From: Ignavibacteriota bacterium | Lineage (GTDB): Bacteria; Bacteroidota; Ignavibacteria; UBA10030; CAVZMI01 | Direction: 5' to 3' | Length of the DNA stretch: 64,000 nucleotides | NCBI GenBank assembly: GCA_963776275.1 | Contig: CAVZMI010000021.1 | Location: 32,001-96,000 of the forward strand | Shown here: positions 29,316 to 39,633 of the stretch, one piece after another | How positions within the stretch are numbered: position 1 is the first letter of the stretch | Layout of the letters: each line of letters starts with the position of its first letter | Program-made: the position numbers and the translations under genes | Notes under the pieces: generated by a model | The model's input: only the letters and a program-made list of their open reading frames with translations | Told to the model about the DNA's origin: nothing | The model's database searches: none

Positions 29316-29504
29316 TTATCCATTCTCTTCATTATCCTCTTCGTGATAGAAACCATAATCAGTTTCGATAACGGTCCCTTTCCCCTGACAACGGAAACAG
29401 ACCGTTAGAAAAAGTCCTTCCTCGGTCTCAACAACACCGACAATCCGTGCTCCACGGCATCGTTCACAGACAACTTCACGTTCCCTCCGATGGAAATGTT
29501 CCAT
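29316..29504 (-). CDS. Small DnaJ-type zinc-finger protein
   Basis: CERCRG and CFRCQGKG; purine-rich RBS; fills the MCP-cheW gap on the operon strand. Confidence 0.65.
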   Translation of the reverse strand: MEHFHRREREVVCERCRGARIVGVVETEEGLFLTVCFRCQGKGTVIETDYGFYHEEDNEENG

Positions 29505-29580
29505 ACTTTCTTCCCCCCTTCATTCATATTATCGGTTCCTGCGAACGGAAGCTTTAGCAACTGTATCCATTTACCGTGTC

Positions 29581-31482
29581 TCATTCCCCTGTACTTTTTT
29601 GTGACCGCGGGACAATTTTCCCATTGGGACGAACGGCATATTTACCCCGCGCACCATCCTGAGTCTGCAATTGTGGAGATTCCAATTTGAACCTCGTTAC
29701 CAGCTTCTGCAGATGCTGTGTTAGTTTATTGAGATCTTCTGCAGCCCTGGCGATCTGCTGTGTCCCCTGTGCAGTCTCCTGTGTAATTGCACTCATGGCC
29801 TGTACGTTTTGTGAAATATCACCGCTTGTGGATGACTGTTGAGAACTGGCTGCAGCAATCTGCCGGACGATCTCACCGGCCCTCTCGGCTGTCTCGGTCA
29901 TTTCTTTAAGTGAAACTCCCACGCGTTCAGCAATGACCGCACCATTATCAACTTCCCGCGTTCCCTCATTGATTGCGTTAACTGCATTCTTTGTTTCGAC
30001 CTGTATTTTTTTTATCATTTGGGCAATTTCTTTCGTCGCTTTCGTCGTGCGTTCTGCAAGTTTTCGAACTTCGTCAGCAACAACAGCAAATCCACGCCCC
30101 TGTTCTCCTGCACGAGCAGCCTCAATCGCAGCATTTAATGCAAGCAGATTTGTTTGATCGGCAATATCTTCAATCACCTGAATAATCTCGCCGATTTGAT
30201 CACTGCTTTTCCCAAGACCAACAATCGTTTGCGCAGATTGATTCACCACGTAGGCAATCCGATGAATCCCGACTATCATCTCTTTCGCAACGGCAGCTCC
30301 ATCTTGTGCTCTGAGTGAATTCTGACGTGTACTTTCAGATGCAAGTTCAGTATTTTTTGAATTCTCGGTAATTGTTTCTGTCATTTCTTCGATGGCACTC
30401 GCAATTTCCATTGCCTGCGATGTCTGCGTCTGGGCACCTGCCGCCATTTCTTCTGTACTGGAACTTATCTGTGCACTGGCACTCGCGACGGCTGTCGTCG
30501 TCTCACCGACCTGAAGAAGCATACCGCGAAGATCGGCAATCATCCTGTTGATTATTGCCGTCAAACGTCCGATTTCGTCATTCTTCCGAGGCTGAAGTTC
30601 TTGTGTAAGATCTCCGTTGGTCACCTGTTCAACTACAACCGAGAGTCTGTCTACTTCGGTTTCAAGATAGTGCTGTTGTTCAACGGCGTTTCGTTTCGCC
30701 TGTTCCGCTTCGTATTTTGCGTGCTCCGCCCCTTCCTTTTGTCTTTGTATTTCTACAAGGGATTGACGGATATTTTCAACCATGGTATTGAACGCACTCC
30801 CCATTTCTCCAATCTCATCCTTTTGCTCGATCGTCACGCTGACATCAGTGTGGCCTGCTGCCACTTTCTTCGTCGCATCTTTGAGTACCAGTATCGATGT
30901 CACGATCATCCGCCGGAATAATAACGCAAGCACAAGACCTGCTGCAATAAATACTAGGGTAATCACAACGACCATAATCGTTGCCTGTGCTTTGGCTTTT
31001 TCAAGATGCGAAAGTGAAAATGCAAGTCGGGCATATCCGATCGGTTTGCTTTCAGAGTCTGCCCCTCTCTGGAATATTTTCTTCTGAACATCGAGAACTT
31101 TTTCACCGTTCATCAAGGCTAATTCAACAACTTTTTCACCCGGTGTATTAACGGACAGGAGATCGATATTCCGACCCCCGATATTATATTTTGCAAGATT
31201 TTTTTCAACGAGAATTTTCCCGTCAGCGTCGTATACAACCTGTACTCTCAGATCCGAATCCTGGGCAAGTCCTTCCATGACTTCTTTAATCTGGGGTCCA
31301 TCCTGCATCGATACGCCGGACTGAGAATTGAAGGCGAGGGTTTGCATATGCGATGTTGCCCGTCGTTCTAACTCGTTCATCATTGTGTCAGAGAACGATA
31401 TCTGAAAGTAAACACTTACCGACAGTGCAAGCAGCAAAATCAGCGCCTCAACGAGCAAGAGTACTTTCGTTTGCAGTTTCAT
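29581..31482 (-). CDS. Methyl-accepting chemotaxis protein (2 TM, two HAMP)
   Basis: [38 protein letters not shown]. Confidence 0.97.
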   Translation of the reverse strand: MKLQTKVLLLVEALILLLALSVSVYFQISFSDTMMNELERRATSHMQTLAFNSQSGVSMQDGPQIKEVMEGLAQDSDLRVQVVYDADGKILVEKNLAKYNIGGRNIDLLSVNTPGEKVVELALMNGEKVLDVQKKIFQRGADSESKPIGYARLAFSLSHLEKAKAQATIMVVVITLVFIAAGLVLALLFRRMIVTSILVLKDATKKVAAGHTDVSVTIEQKDEIGEMGSAFNTMVENIRQSLVEIQRQKEGAEHAKYEAEQAKRNAVEQQHYLETEVDRLSVVVEQVTNGDLTQELQPRKNDEIGRLTAIINRMIADLRGMLLQVGETTTAVASASAQISSSTEEMAAGAQTQTSQAMEIASAIEEMTETITENSKNTELASESTRQNSLRAQDGAAVAKEMIVGIHRIAYVVNQSAQTIVGLGKSSDQIGEIIQVIEDIADQTNLLALNAAIEAARAGEQGRGFAVVADEVRKLAERTTKATKEIAQMIKKIQVETKNAVNAINEGTREVDNGAVIAERVGVSLKEMTETAERAGEIVRQIAAASSQQSSTSGDISQNVQAMSAITQETAQGTQQIARAAEDLNKLTQHLQKLVTRFKLESPQLQTQDGARGKYAVRPNGKIVPRSQKSTGE

Positions 31483-31552
31483 GTTCAACCTCATGGAATA
31501 CTGGATGTATACGACATAGATGTACGATTAATTTTAGTAACCTGCTAATTTT

Positions 31553-31975
31553 TCAACTTTCTCGTGATTCTCGATGACGATAGACTGCTGCAGCAATCGT
31601 GTCTTCAAGTAAACCGAGGTTTAGCGGCTTCGAGAATATACTCTCAACTCCCTCACGACGGGCTTCCTCTATTATGGCTTCATCGCTGAATCCTGAAATC
31701 ATCACAGCAGCAAAGGAACTTCCTCGTTTTTTCAATTCACGGTAGAGTCTCAATCCGTCCATCCCGTCCATTCGGTAGTCCGTCACCAGAACATCGAACG
31801 GATGCCCCGATGCATACTGCAGCGCTTCTTCTCCAGAACACGCCACAGCAACTTCATATCCTGTATAAATAAAAATTGCCTGCAGGGAGTGCCGCAGAAG
31901 ATCATCATCATCGACCAATAATATTTTTCCCCGGGGGATCAACATTTGCTCCAAAGGGCTTTTAGGTTCATCCAT
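31553..31975 (-). CDS. Single-domain response regulator
   Basis: ILLVDDD, VTDYRM, SKP; start uncertain. Confidence 0.85.
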   Translation of the reverse strand: MDEPKSPLEQMLIPRGKILLVDDDDLLRHSLQAIFIYTGYEVAVACSGEEALQYASGHPFDVLVTDYRMDGMDGLRLYRELKKRGSSFAAVMISGFSDEAIIEEARREGVESIFSKPLNLGLLEDTIAAAVYRHRESRES

Positions 31976-31986
31976 ATTCACCAATA

Positions 31987-32014
31987 TTATCGGCCATTTA
32001 TAGCATGAAGATTA
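31987..32014 (-). promoter_or_regulatory. Candidate sigma28 promoter of the che operon
   Basis: TAAT-N16-GCCGATAA; IHF-like TATCAACAGGTTA at 32047-32059. Confidence 0.6.
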
Positions 32015-32177
32015 GTAATTTTACAAAAATCTTCTAAAATAATAAATATCAACAGGTTAGGACCTGGGAGACTGAAATAACCCACAAAAAGGAATAGCAG
32101 GCTCGGTTCTTTTAGATAATAATGGTTGATGCATGGTTGATGCGTTGAGGAAATGATTAAATATGGAGGTATGATGG

Positions 32178-33596
32178 TTATTCTTCATTGGCCGCGTAGG
32201 TTTTTGGTTGCGTTTGGATCCCGAGTTGTTCCATTCGATATCGAAGTTTCGATCGAGTCAGTCCAAGGACTTTCGCAGCCTTGACCTGATTTCCTCCGGT
32301 AATCTCAAGTGTTTTCAGGATCAGTGCTTTCAAGACTTTTGACATTGAAATCCCTGTTGGTGGAATTGTGAGTGAAAACTCTTTATTACTGAGTGATGTT
32401 TTATCAGTCATTTGCGACTCCTCATGGCGCAGAAACCGCAGGTGCTGCTGCTGAATTACATTATCGGCTTCAACAAGCACAACTCGTTCAAGGACATTAC
32501 GTAGCTCACGAACATTGCCTTTCCAGGGATTGTTCTCGATTATCTCCATTGCTTCCCGTGTTATCCCGTGGACGCGCCTGTTGAATTTTTTATTGAATTC
32601 CTCGATAAAGCTGTTGACCAGAAGCACGATATCTTCACGCCTTTCACGGAGCGGTGGTATTTTGAATGCTGCGACATTCAATCGATAAAAGAGATCTTCA
32701 CGGAATGCAGCACGTTCGACCTCCTTCCAGAGATCACGATTTGTGGCAGCAATTACTCGTGTGTCGACAACAATCTCTTTTGATCCGCCGAGTCGAAAAA
32801 ATTTTTTATCCTGAAGAACCCGAAGCAATTTTACCTGCATCTCCAGACTGAGGTCGCTTATTTCATCAAGGAAAATTATTCCTCCGTGCGCAAGTTCAAA
32901 TTTTCCTTGCTTCATTCGTTCCGTTGCACCGGTAAATGCACCCTTCTCGTATCCAAAAAATTCGCTCTCGGCAAGTTCTTTGGGGATTGCACCGCAATTA
33001 ACCGACACAAATGGACCCTCGGCCCGAAGACTTGCACGATGGATATATCGCGCAAATAATTCTTTTCCGACGCCGCTTTCCCCTTCAATGAGAACCGTGG
33101 TGTCTTCGCTCTGAGCAAACCGTTCAGCAAGTTTGAGCGTTGATTTGATTGCCGGACTGGTTCCGATAATTTCTTTTGAATGGATCTGATCGTCTATTTC
33201 ATTTTTCAGACGATTGACTTCACGCTGCAGGTGCACAGTACGTAGTGCTTTGGAGAGAATCACTTCCAATTGATCGATATCCAATGGCTTTACAATAAAA
33301 TCTTCTGAACCCAGCTTCATTGCCTCAACCGCCAGCTTGACATCAGAGTAGGCGGTAATCATGACAACCGGAAGAGTTGCATCGTTTGATTTAATCGACT
33401 TAAGAATTTCGATCCCATTGGTATCACCCAGATAAATATCGAGCAGGACAACATCCGGTCGAACATTGTTGATCATTGGCAATGCTTTGGTTCCGTGAGA
33501 ACAGACGGAAACATCATATCCACAGTGTTTGAGTACTGATTCCAGCGAGGCTGTCAGTAATTGATCATCGTCTACAATGAGAACACGGTATTTCAC
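32178..33596 (-). CDS. NtrC-family sigma54-dependent response regulator
   Basis: REC, GESGVGKE, GAFTGA, WKGNVREL, Fis-type HTH; GTG start after GGAGG. Confidence 0.95.
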   Translation of the reverse strand: MKYRVLIVDDDQLLTASLESVLKHCGYDVSVCSHGTKALPMINNVRPDVVLLDIYLGDTNGIEILKSIKSNDATLPVVMITAYSDVKLAVEAMKLGSEDFIVKPLDIDQLEVILSKALRTVHLQREVNRLKNEIDDQIHSKEIIGTSPAIKSTLKLAERFAQSEDTTVLIEGESGVGKELFARYIHRASLRAEGPFVSVNCGAIPKELAESEFFGYEKGAFTGATERMKQGKFELAHGGIIFLDEISDLSLEMQVKLLRVLQDKKFFRLGGSKEIVVDTRVIAATNRDLWKEVERAAFREDLFYRLNVAAFKIPPLRERREDIVLLVNSFIEEFNKKFNRRVHGITREAMEIIENNPWKGNVRELRNVLERVVLVEADNVIQQQHLRFLRHEESQMTDKTSLSNKEFSLTIPPTGISMSKVLKALILKTLEITGGNQVKAAKVLGLTRSKLRYRMEQLGIQTQPKTYAANEE

Positions 33597-33600
33597 TGTT

Positions 33601-35169
33601 TTATTCCTCCGATATTTTTTGGGTAAGCGGGAACGTGATCCAGAAAGACGTTCCTTCTCCCAGTTTGCTCGAGACATCGATAGATGCCCCATGGAAATTC
33701 AAAATCTGTTGTGATACGGAAAGACCGAGTCCCGTACCGCTTGCTTTTTTTGTATAAAATGGATCGAATATTTTCTTCATTTCTTCTTTTGTCATTCCCT
33801 CACCATTATCAATCACTGTTACAACGACGCCGTCGGGATTACCGGATGACCGGGTAATATCGCTTCGAATAATAATCCGCCCCTTCCCCTTTACAGCATC
33901 GGCTGCATTCGTCAGGAGATTGACAATCACCTGTTGGATCTGTTTAAAATCGACAGAGATAGGCGGTAAATTTTCCGCGAGCTCGAGAATTACTGTGACA
34001 TTCTTTTTTTCCATCGTGACTTTCGCCAGAGGAACGGTCGCACGGATAATCTCATTTATATCATGAAATTTAAACACTGGTTTCGCCGGTTTTGCGAAAT
34101 TTAATGTTGCACTCACAATACCATCGATTCGCTCAACACCCTGCAAAGCAGTCTCGATCACTTTCCGTTCGGGTTTATCTTTATCGATTGTACGCAGCAG
34201 AAACTGAAGATTAATATTTACAGCTGCTAAAGGATTACGTATTTCGTGGGCAATCCCGGCAGAAAGCTCTCCCAGAAGAGCGAGTCGCTCTGCCTGAAAA
34301 AGTTTATCTTTTAGTCTTCGTTGCTCTGTGACATCTCTGACAAACGCCATGACAACAGAACGATCCGTATTATCAATCAGACCGGCATTGACCTCCACAA
34401 ATAATTGGTACCCATGACTGGTGGTGATTTCACCTTCATAGAAAACCGGCCTTTCGCTGTGTCTTGCCTGCTGCAGAAAGTCTTTGTAAAAATGAAACGG
34501 CTTCCCTAGCATTTCTTCCCGCATCATACCCAGAAGTTTTTCAGCCTGCCGATTGGCGTCAATAATATGCCATGTATCGGGTTCGAGTATAAATGTTGCG
34601 ATGCTTGCACTCTCGAATAAATTTAGATAGCGCTCGCGGGACAGTTGAAGTTCCTTATTTTTCTGGATCAGCATATCGTTGACACGTTCAAGCTCGAACA
34701 TTTTATCTTCGAGCTTTTTGATTAAGACGGCATTGTACTCCTTGAGATATTCTGATTCCCCCGTATCCAGCTCAGTATCATGAAGCGGTACAGTCCTGCC
34801 CCTGTCTGTTCTTGTCGTTTCATTGACAGCATTTATTAAGACTGATATATCAATCGGTTTAATCAGATAGCGATCGGCTCCCACGCTCCTAGCAAAATGT
34901 TCGTCAGCCGGATCGATATAGTTTGCCGTATAGAAAATGAACGGGATTGACTTAAGATGGGTTTGTTTCTTGACTTCCCGACATAGCTGAAATCCATCCA
35001 TCTTTGGCATTAGTACATCTGAAATAATCAGTTGGACCTGATGCTTGGCAAGCTGTTCCAGTGCCTCATACCCGTTTCTGGCCCGTATCGTTTCGAAATT
35101 ATATGTTGTGAGGATATCTTCAAGAAGATCGAGACTCTCTTTGATATCATCCACTATTAATACTTTCAA
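33601..35169 (-). CDS. REC-PAS histidine kinase
   Basis: VLIVDD, PAS, AHEIRNPL, GTGLGL. Confidence 0.93.
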   Translation of the reverse strand: MKVLIVDDIKESLDLLEDILTTYNFETIRARNGYEALEQLAKHQVQLIISDVLMPKMDGFQLCREVKKQTHLKSIPFIFYTANYIDPADEHFARSVGADRYLIKPIDISVLINAVNETTRTDRGRTVPLHDTELDTGESEYLKEYNAVLIKKLEDKMFELERVNDMLIQKNKELQLSRERYLNLFESASIATFILEPDTWHIIDANRQAEKLLGMMREEMLGKPFHFYKDFLQQARHSERPVFYEGEITTSHGYQLFVEVNAGLIDNTDRSVVMAFVRDVTEQRRLKDKLFQAERLALLGELSAGIAHEIRNPLAAVNINLQFLLRTIDKDKPERKVIETALQGVERIDGIVSATLNFAKPAKPVFKFHDINEIIRATVPLAKVTMEKKNVTVILELAENLPPISVDFKQIQQVIVNLLTNAADAVKGKGRIIIRSDITRSSGNPDGVVVTVIDNGEGMTKEEMKKIFDPFYTKKASGTGLGLSVSQQILNFHGASIDVSSKLGEGTSFWITFPLTQKISEE

Positions 35170-35415
35170 GAAAACTCCAAAAGTATTATATCATTATGTC
35201 TCGTTTTACCTGTTTTTTTACGCCCCCTGTTCAATAATAACCAACTGTCGAATGTTAAGCAAGGAGGATTTTGATAAATCTTGAAATTAGGCTTTTTTCC
35301 GAAGTATTTTAGTGATATAGGCTTGATTGTTAATCTTGGTAAGGATTAAAATCTGTAAAATATGCAAGGAGGCAAAAGTCTTTATAGATATGAGATGATA
35401 TCTCGACAAAATTAC

Positions 35416-35649
35416 TCATTGCCGGATATGACGATAAATTGCGTCGGCAACCTTCCCCAATACTTCACGTTGTTCATAAAACCCCGAATTGAGTTTCATA
35501 CGAATATCTTCTATCCTTTTTTCTCGTTGTGTTATATATAATTGATGAATTGCAGACGATGCACAGTTTTCTATCTGTTCTTTCTCGCGTCGCTTGGGAG
35601 CAGAATCGTCAGGTTGAATTTGACCGTGGAGAATATCCTTGATCCGCAT
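35416..35649 (-). CDS. FlgM-like anti-sigma28 factor
   Basis: C-terminal REKRIEDIRMKLNSGFY..KVADAI typical of FlgM; AAGGAG RBS; sigma28-like promoter upstream. Confidence 0.6.
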   Translation of the reverse strand: MRIKDILHGQIQPDDSAPKRREKEQIENCASSAIHQLYITQREKRIEDIRMKLNSGFYEQREVLGKVADAIYRHIRQ

Positions 35650-35815
35650 GTTTGTGCTCCTTCTTCGGAGTATTGCTATGTGACGTTTCATGTATCTTTT
35701 ATGATCCCCACATCAAAATTATAGTGTACCCTTGAGTCTTTCACTCTAATCGGAACCAGAATATATATTCCTACATATACCCCGGTACTGCTCACTCACA
35801 ACCCACTTATTTTCA

Positions 35816-35842
35816 TTATCGGAACATGCTTCCAAAACATTA
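35816..35842 (-). promoter_or_regulatory. Candidate sigma28 promoter of the flgM-like gene
   Basis: TAATGTTT-N11-TCCGATAA versus consensus TAAAGTTT-N11-GCCGATAA. Confidence 0.6.
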
Positions 35843-35893
35843 GGCTGGCATAGAAAAATACAAAATTGCCTTTAAAAATGCTAATTGTACATA

Positions 35894-37675
35894 TTATTTG
35901 CCTATGGTCTCCCATCCGCGTTTATTCATATCAAAATAAATAATTCCTCCGAATACAATACCCGAAACAAGAAATAACAAACCTGGCACAGTATCGCCGA
36001 GGACGATTTTCCCTACTCCGAACAGGAATGAATAAATCATTGCCACACCGCTAATCCAATCGATGAGATTGAAATATCCATCTTTTGCCGGTATAACGTC
36101 GGTTGCCTCTTTAGCAATGTCCCCCCAGAGCATGGGGCTTGGTCGCACCCTGCGATAGAATGAGAGCAATAACTCTTTCGGCTCCGGTCTTGTAAGAATT
36201 GTTACGGTGAGCCACACGATGGTTGTGATACTCATTGTAACAAGGACCAAATATGCGAATCCTAACGGATCCTGACTCGTCAGGCCGAACTTCCACTGAG
36301 CGATGAGCGAGGTAATGAACGCAGTCGCCATCGCTGAGACCTCACTCCATGCATTAATACGCCACCAGAACCAACGGAGAAGATAGACAAGTCCTGTTCC
36401 CGCTCCGAGTGCTATGAGAAAACTCCACGCACCTGCAATTGAATCCATAAAGTACGTTACGATCGCAGAGAAGACCATGAGAATCATGGTGCTTACCTGT
36501 GATGCGGACACGTAATGTTTTTCCGTTGCATTACGTACCAAAAAAGGTCGATAGAAATCGTTCACGAGGTAACTTGCACCCCAATTGAGTTGTGTCCCAA
36601 CGGTGGACATATATGCCGCAGCGAATGCCGCAAGCATTAATCCCCGAAGTGATGCAGGAAGGTCGGTAATAAGTATTCTGATATAGCCGGATTCCGGATC
36701 GGCAGCGAACGCAGCATCACCCTGAAAACGTGCCACTGCAACGAGAGCGACAATGATCCATGGCCATGGGCGGATAGCAAAATGTGCAATATTAAACCAG
36801 AGTGTAGCAAGGAGCGAATTTTTTTCATCCTTCGCACAGAAAATTCTTTGTGCGATATATCCGCCGCCTCCCGGTTCTGCTCCTGGGTACCAAGATGCCC
36901 ACCAGTTCACTGCCACATACACAATAAATGTAATCATCGGCATCCACGTCGAATTGAGATCGGGTATCAACGAGAGAATCGAACCTGTGCCGTTTCTGTG
37001 TGCATCGATTGCATGAATTTTTTCCAGAAGAGCATCCATTCCTCCTGTTGCCTGCACAGCAAAAACTGCCAGGACGATCACCATTCCCATTTTCAATACA
37101 AATTGAAAGAGGTCGGTCACCAACACGCCCCAGAGTCCGGAAAGTGTGGAAATTGAAGCTGTGATGAACATGATGACAAGGGCGATTAAGAGGGCTTCAA
37201 TTCGTGAAACGCCAAGGACGAGCATCATAATCCTGACGATTGCTAAATTCACCCATCCCAGAATAATAAGGTTTATGGGGAGTCCCAGATACAGCGCACG
37301 AAAACCCCGCAGGAAGCTGGCGGGTTTCCCGTGATAGCGGATTTGTGCAAACTCGACATCGGTCAGGACATGTGCCCGACGCCAGAGCCGCGCATAGAAA
37401 AACACTGTCATCATTCCGCTGAAGGCCATGCTCCACCAGAACCAGTTGCCGGCAATACCATTTCTGGCAACAAATCCGGTTACTGCCAGAGGTGTGTCAG
37501 CGGCGAATGTTGTCGCGACCATTGATGTCCCGGCCAACCACCATGAGACATTCCGACCCGAAACAAAGAAGTCACTGACACTCTTGGTCGCTCTTCTGCG
37601 ATAATACAACCCAATACCAAGGTTGAAAAGAAAATATAGAGCGATGATAATCCAGTCGATAAGGGCGAGTTGCGT
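35894..37675 (-). CDS. Sodium:solute symporter (SSS family); apparent ACG start
   Basis: DFFVSGRNVSWWLAGTSMVATTFAADTP; frame extends to ACG-QLALIDWIIIALYF after an AGGAGG RBS. Confidence 0.9.
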   Translation of the reverse strand, partial: TQLALIDWIIIALYFLFNLGIGLYYRRRATKSVSDFFVSGRNVSWWLAGTSMVATTFAADTPLAVTGFVARNGIAGNWFWWSMAFSGMMTVFFYARLWRRAHVLTDVEFAQIRYHGKPASFLRGFRALYLGLPINLIILGWVNLAIVRIMMLVLGVSRIEALLIALVIMFITASISTLSGLWGVLVTDLFQFVLKMGMVIVLAVFAVQATGGMDALLEKIHAIDAHRNGTGSILSLIPDLNSTWMPMITFIVYVAVNWWASWYPGAEPGGGGYIAQRIFCAKDEKNSLLATLWFNIAHFAIRPWPWIIVALVAVARFQGDAAFAADPESGYIRILITDLPASLRGLMLAAFAAAYMSTVGTQLNWGASYLVNDFYRPFLVRNATEKHYVSASQVSTMILMVFSAIVTYFMDSIAGAWSFLIALGAGTGLVYLLRWFWWRINAWSEVSAMATAFITSLIAQWKFGLTSQDPLGFAYLVLVTMSITTIVWLTVTILTRPEPKELLLSFYRRVRPSPMLWGDIAKEATDVIPAKDGYFNLIDWISGVAMIYSFLFGVGKIVLGDTVPGLLFLVSGIVFGGIIYFDMNKRGWETIGK

Positions 37676-37722
37676 AGCGGTACCCTCCTGAGTGATAAGA
37701 TATAATGAAAAAATCCCGGTTT

Positions 37723-39225
37723 CTATCCTTTGCCGTCAGTGAATGAATGCTTGTGGGGAAACATTCCGACACGAACGAAGCGACTGATCGTTCCTGCAAT
37801 AATTGTCGCAGCGCATCCTATACAGGTATGCCATGTAAATCCGATTGTCGTCCATCCAACAATCCATACCATTGTGAGAAGACCGATAATAAACCCTATC
37901 GTCGCATCAAGCTGTGACGATCGCGACGACAATAGACCTAGGAAGAATATGCCGAGCAAGCCGCCGTAGGTGAAAGATGTAATTTGAAGTCCCATTTCAA
38001 TTACTGTGTGCGGAGTGTTGATAAACAGCATCGCTCCTCCAATCAGAATCGCTCCCCACCCAAAGGTCATAATTCGCGACCAGAAGATTTCCCGATTCAG
38101 TGCCTGCAGTTCACGTCTAACCGACTCCCGCACAAGATCTAGGTATGTCGATGAGGCTAGGGAGCTGATTGCCGACGATAGCGAACCCATAGCCGAGGCG
38201 AACACTCCCGCCACGACCAAACCGGTAATCCCTACCGGAAGGTTTTCAACAATAAATTTCGGGAATATCTCGTCGGACGACCTCAATCCTAATTGATTTA
38301 CCGAAAGCCCGTTGTAAAAAGCGAACAGGCAAAGTCCCAGTATCAAGAAAAAAGCAAATTGGATGACAATGAAAGTAGCATCGAGGAAAATTGCTTGCTG
38401 ACTTTCCTTACGGGTTTTGCATCCAAGAAGTCGCTGGACGAGCAGTTGATCGGTTCCATGCGATGCCATGCTTAAGAACGTCCCCCCAATAACTCCTCCG
38501 GCAAATGTATACGGATACGAAAAAAATTCCTGTAACGATTGTCCGGATGAAAAATTGAAAATCCGGAATTTATTTACACCATCCGCGGTAGCCATCCGGA
38601 CGACATCATCCCATCCATGAGGAAGTCGCTGGAGAATGAGGACCATTGCAGCTAACGCCCCGCCCAGGTAAATACACATCTGTACAACGTCCATTGTGAC
38701 CACGGCTTTCAGACCGCCGAGATAGGTATATATCAGCGTAAAAATGCCGATGATGAGTATGGATGTGACGTAATCGTATCCGGTAATGAGATGTACCGGA
38801 ATCGCCGCCGTGAACAGGCGTACTCCCGAAGCAAGGACTCTTGTAACAAGAAAGACTGATGAGGCAAATTTTCTTAGTGCCAATCCAAATTTTTTACCAA
38901 GAAAATCATACGCTGTTTCTAAAGCGCCGCGATAATATGCCGGAATGAACACCGTACTAACAATCATTCGTCCGATAAAAAAACCGAAGACGAGCTGCAA
39001 GAATTGCATCGTCGAGCTGTACCCGAGTCCAGGCACACTGATGAATGTAATGGTACTTGTTTCACTGGCAACAATGGAGAAGCCGACCGCCCACCATGAA
39101 AGCCTCCTACCGCCGAGAAAATAATCCTGGCTGGTGCGTTGATTTTTCCCGATGATGATTCCTGCGAGCGTAACCCCGGTGAGGTATGCGACGACAATCA
39201 CTGTGTCGATGAAAGAAAGGCCCAA
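37723..39225 (-). CDS. Sodium:solute symporter (SSS family)
   Basis: DYFLGGR..WWAVGFSIVASETS, GGLKAV, DQLLVQR. Confidence 0.92.
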   Translation of the reverse strand: MGLSFIDTVIVVAYLTGVTLAGIIIGKNQRTSQDYFLGGRRLSWWAVGFSIVASETSTITFISVPGLGYSSTMQFLQLVFGFFIGRMIVSTVFIPAYYRGALETAYDFLGKKFGLALRKFASSVFLVTRVLASGVRLFTAAIPVHLITGYDYVTSILIIGIFTLIYTYLGGLKAVVTMDVVQMCIYLGGALAAMVLILQRLPHGWDDVVRMATADGVNKFRIFNFSSGQSLQEFFSYPYTFAGGVIGGTFLSMASHGTDQLLVQRLLGCKTRKESQQAIFLDATFIVIQFAFFLILGLCLFAFYNGLSVNQLGLRSSDEIFPKFIVENLPVGITGLVVAGVFASAMGSLSSAISSLASSTYLDLVRESVRRELQALNREIFWSRIMTFGWGAILIGGAMLFINTPHTVIEMGLQITSFTYGGLLGIFFLGLLSSRSSQLDATIGFIIGLLTMVWIVGWTTIGFTWHTCIGCAATIIAGTISRFVRVGMFPHKHSFTDGKG

Positions 39226-39289
39226 AAATTACTCCACCCATGCAATTTAAAAACGAACAGGACAGAGTTCGTGGCGGGACGAACGCCTG

Positions 39290-39622
39290 TCAGTGTTTTG
39301 CTACCTTAGGCACTTCGTTGACGATTTGGAAGACCCGATCGAGTTGAGAGATTTTTATCAGGCTTAAAACTTTTTTTCGGAGACCGGCCAGTTTCACCGT
39401 TCCTCCGCGTTCCCGCATCTTGCGCTCCGCAATAAGAAGGGCACTCAATCCTCCGCTATCACAAAAATCCACCTCCGAAAGGTCGACGATTAACTCTGTC
39501 GTTTTCGGTTTACAGAGAAGAAGAAATTCACCTTTTAATTCTGCAGAGATGGTGGAGTCAAGTTTCTTTTCATGAAGCAGAAATAGTGTTGAGGAACCAT
39601 TTTCTTTTACATCAAAGCGCAT
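39290..39622 (-). CDS. STAS-domain anti-sigma-factor antagonist
   Basis: VDLSEVDFCDSGGLSAL. Confidence 0.88.
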   Translation of the reverse strand: MRFDVKENGSSTLFLLHEKKLDSTISAELKGEFLLLCKPKTTELIVDLSEVDFCDSGGLSALLIAERKMRERGGTVKLAGLRKKVLSLIKISQLDRVFQIVNEVPKVAKH

Positions 39623-39633
39623 ACATCCTCCCC

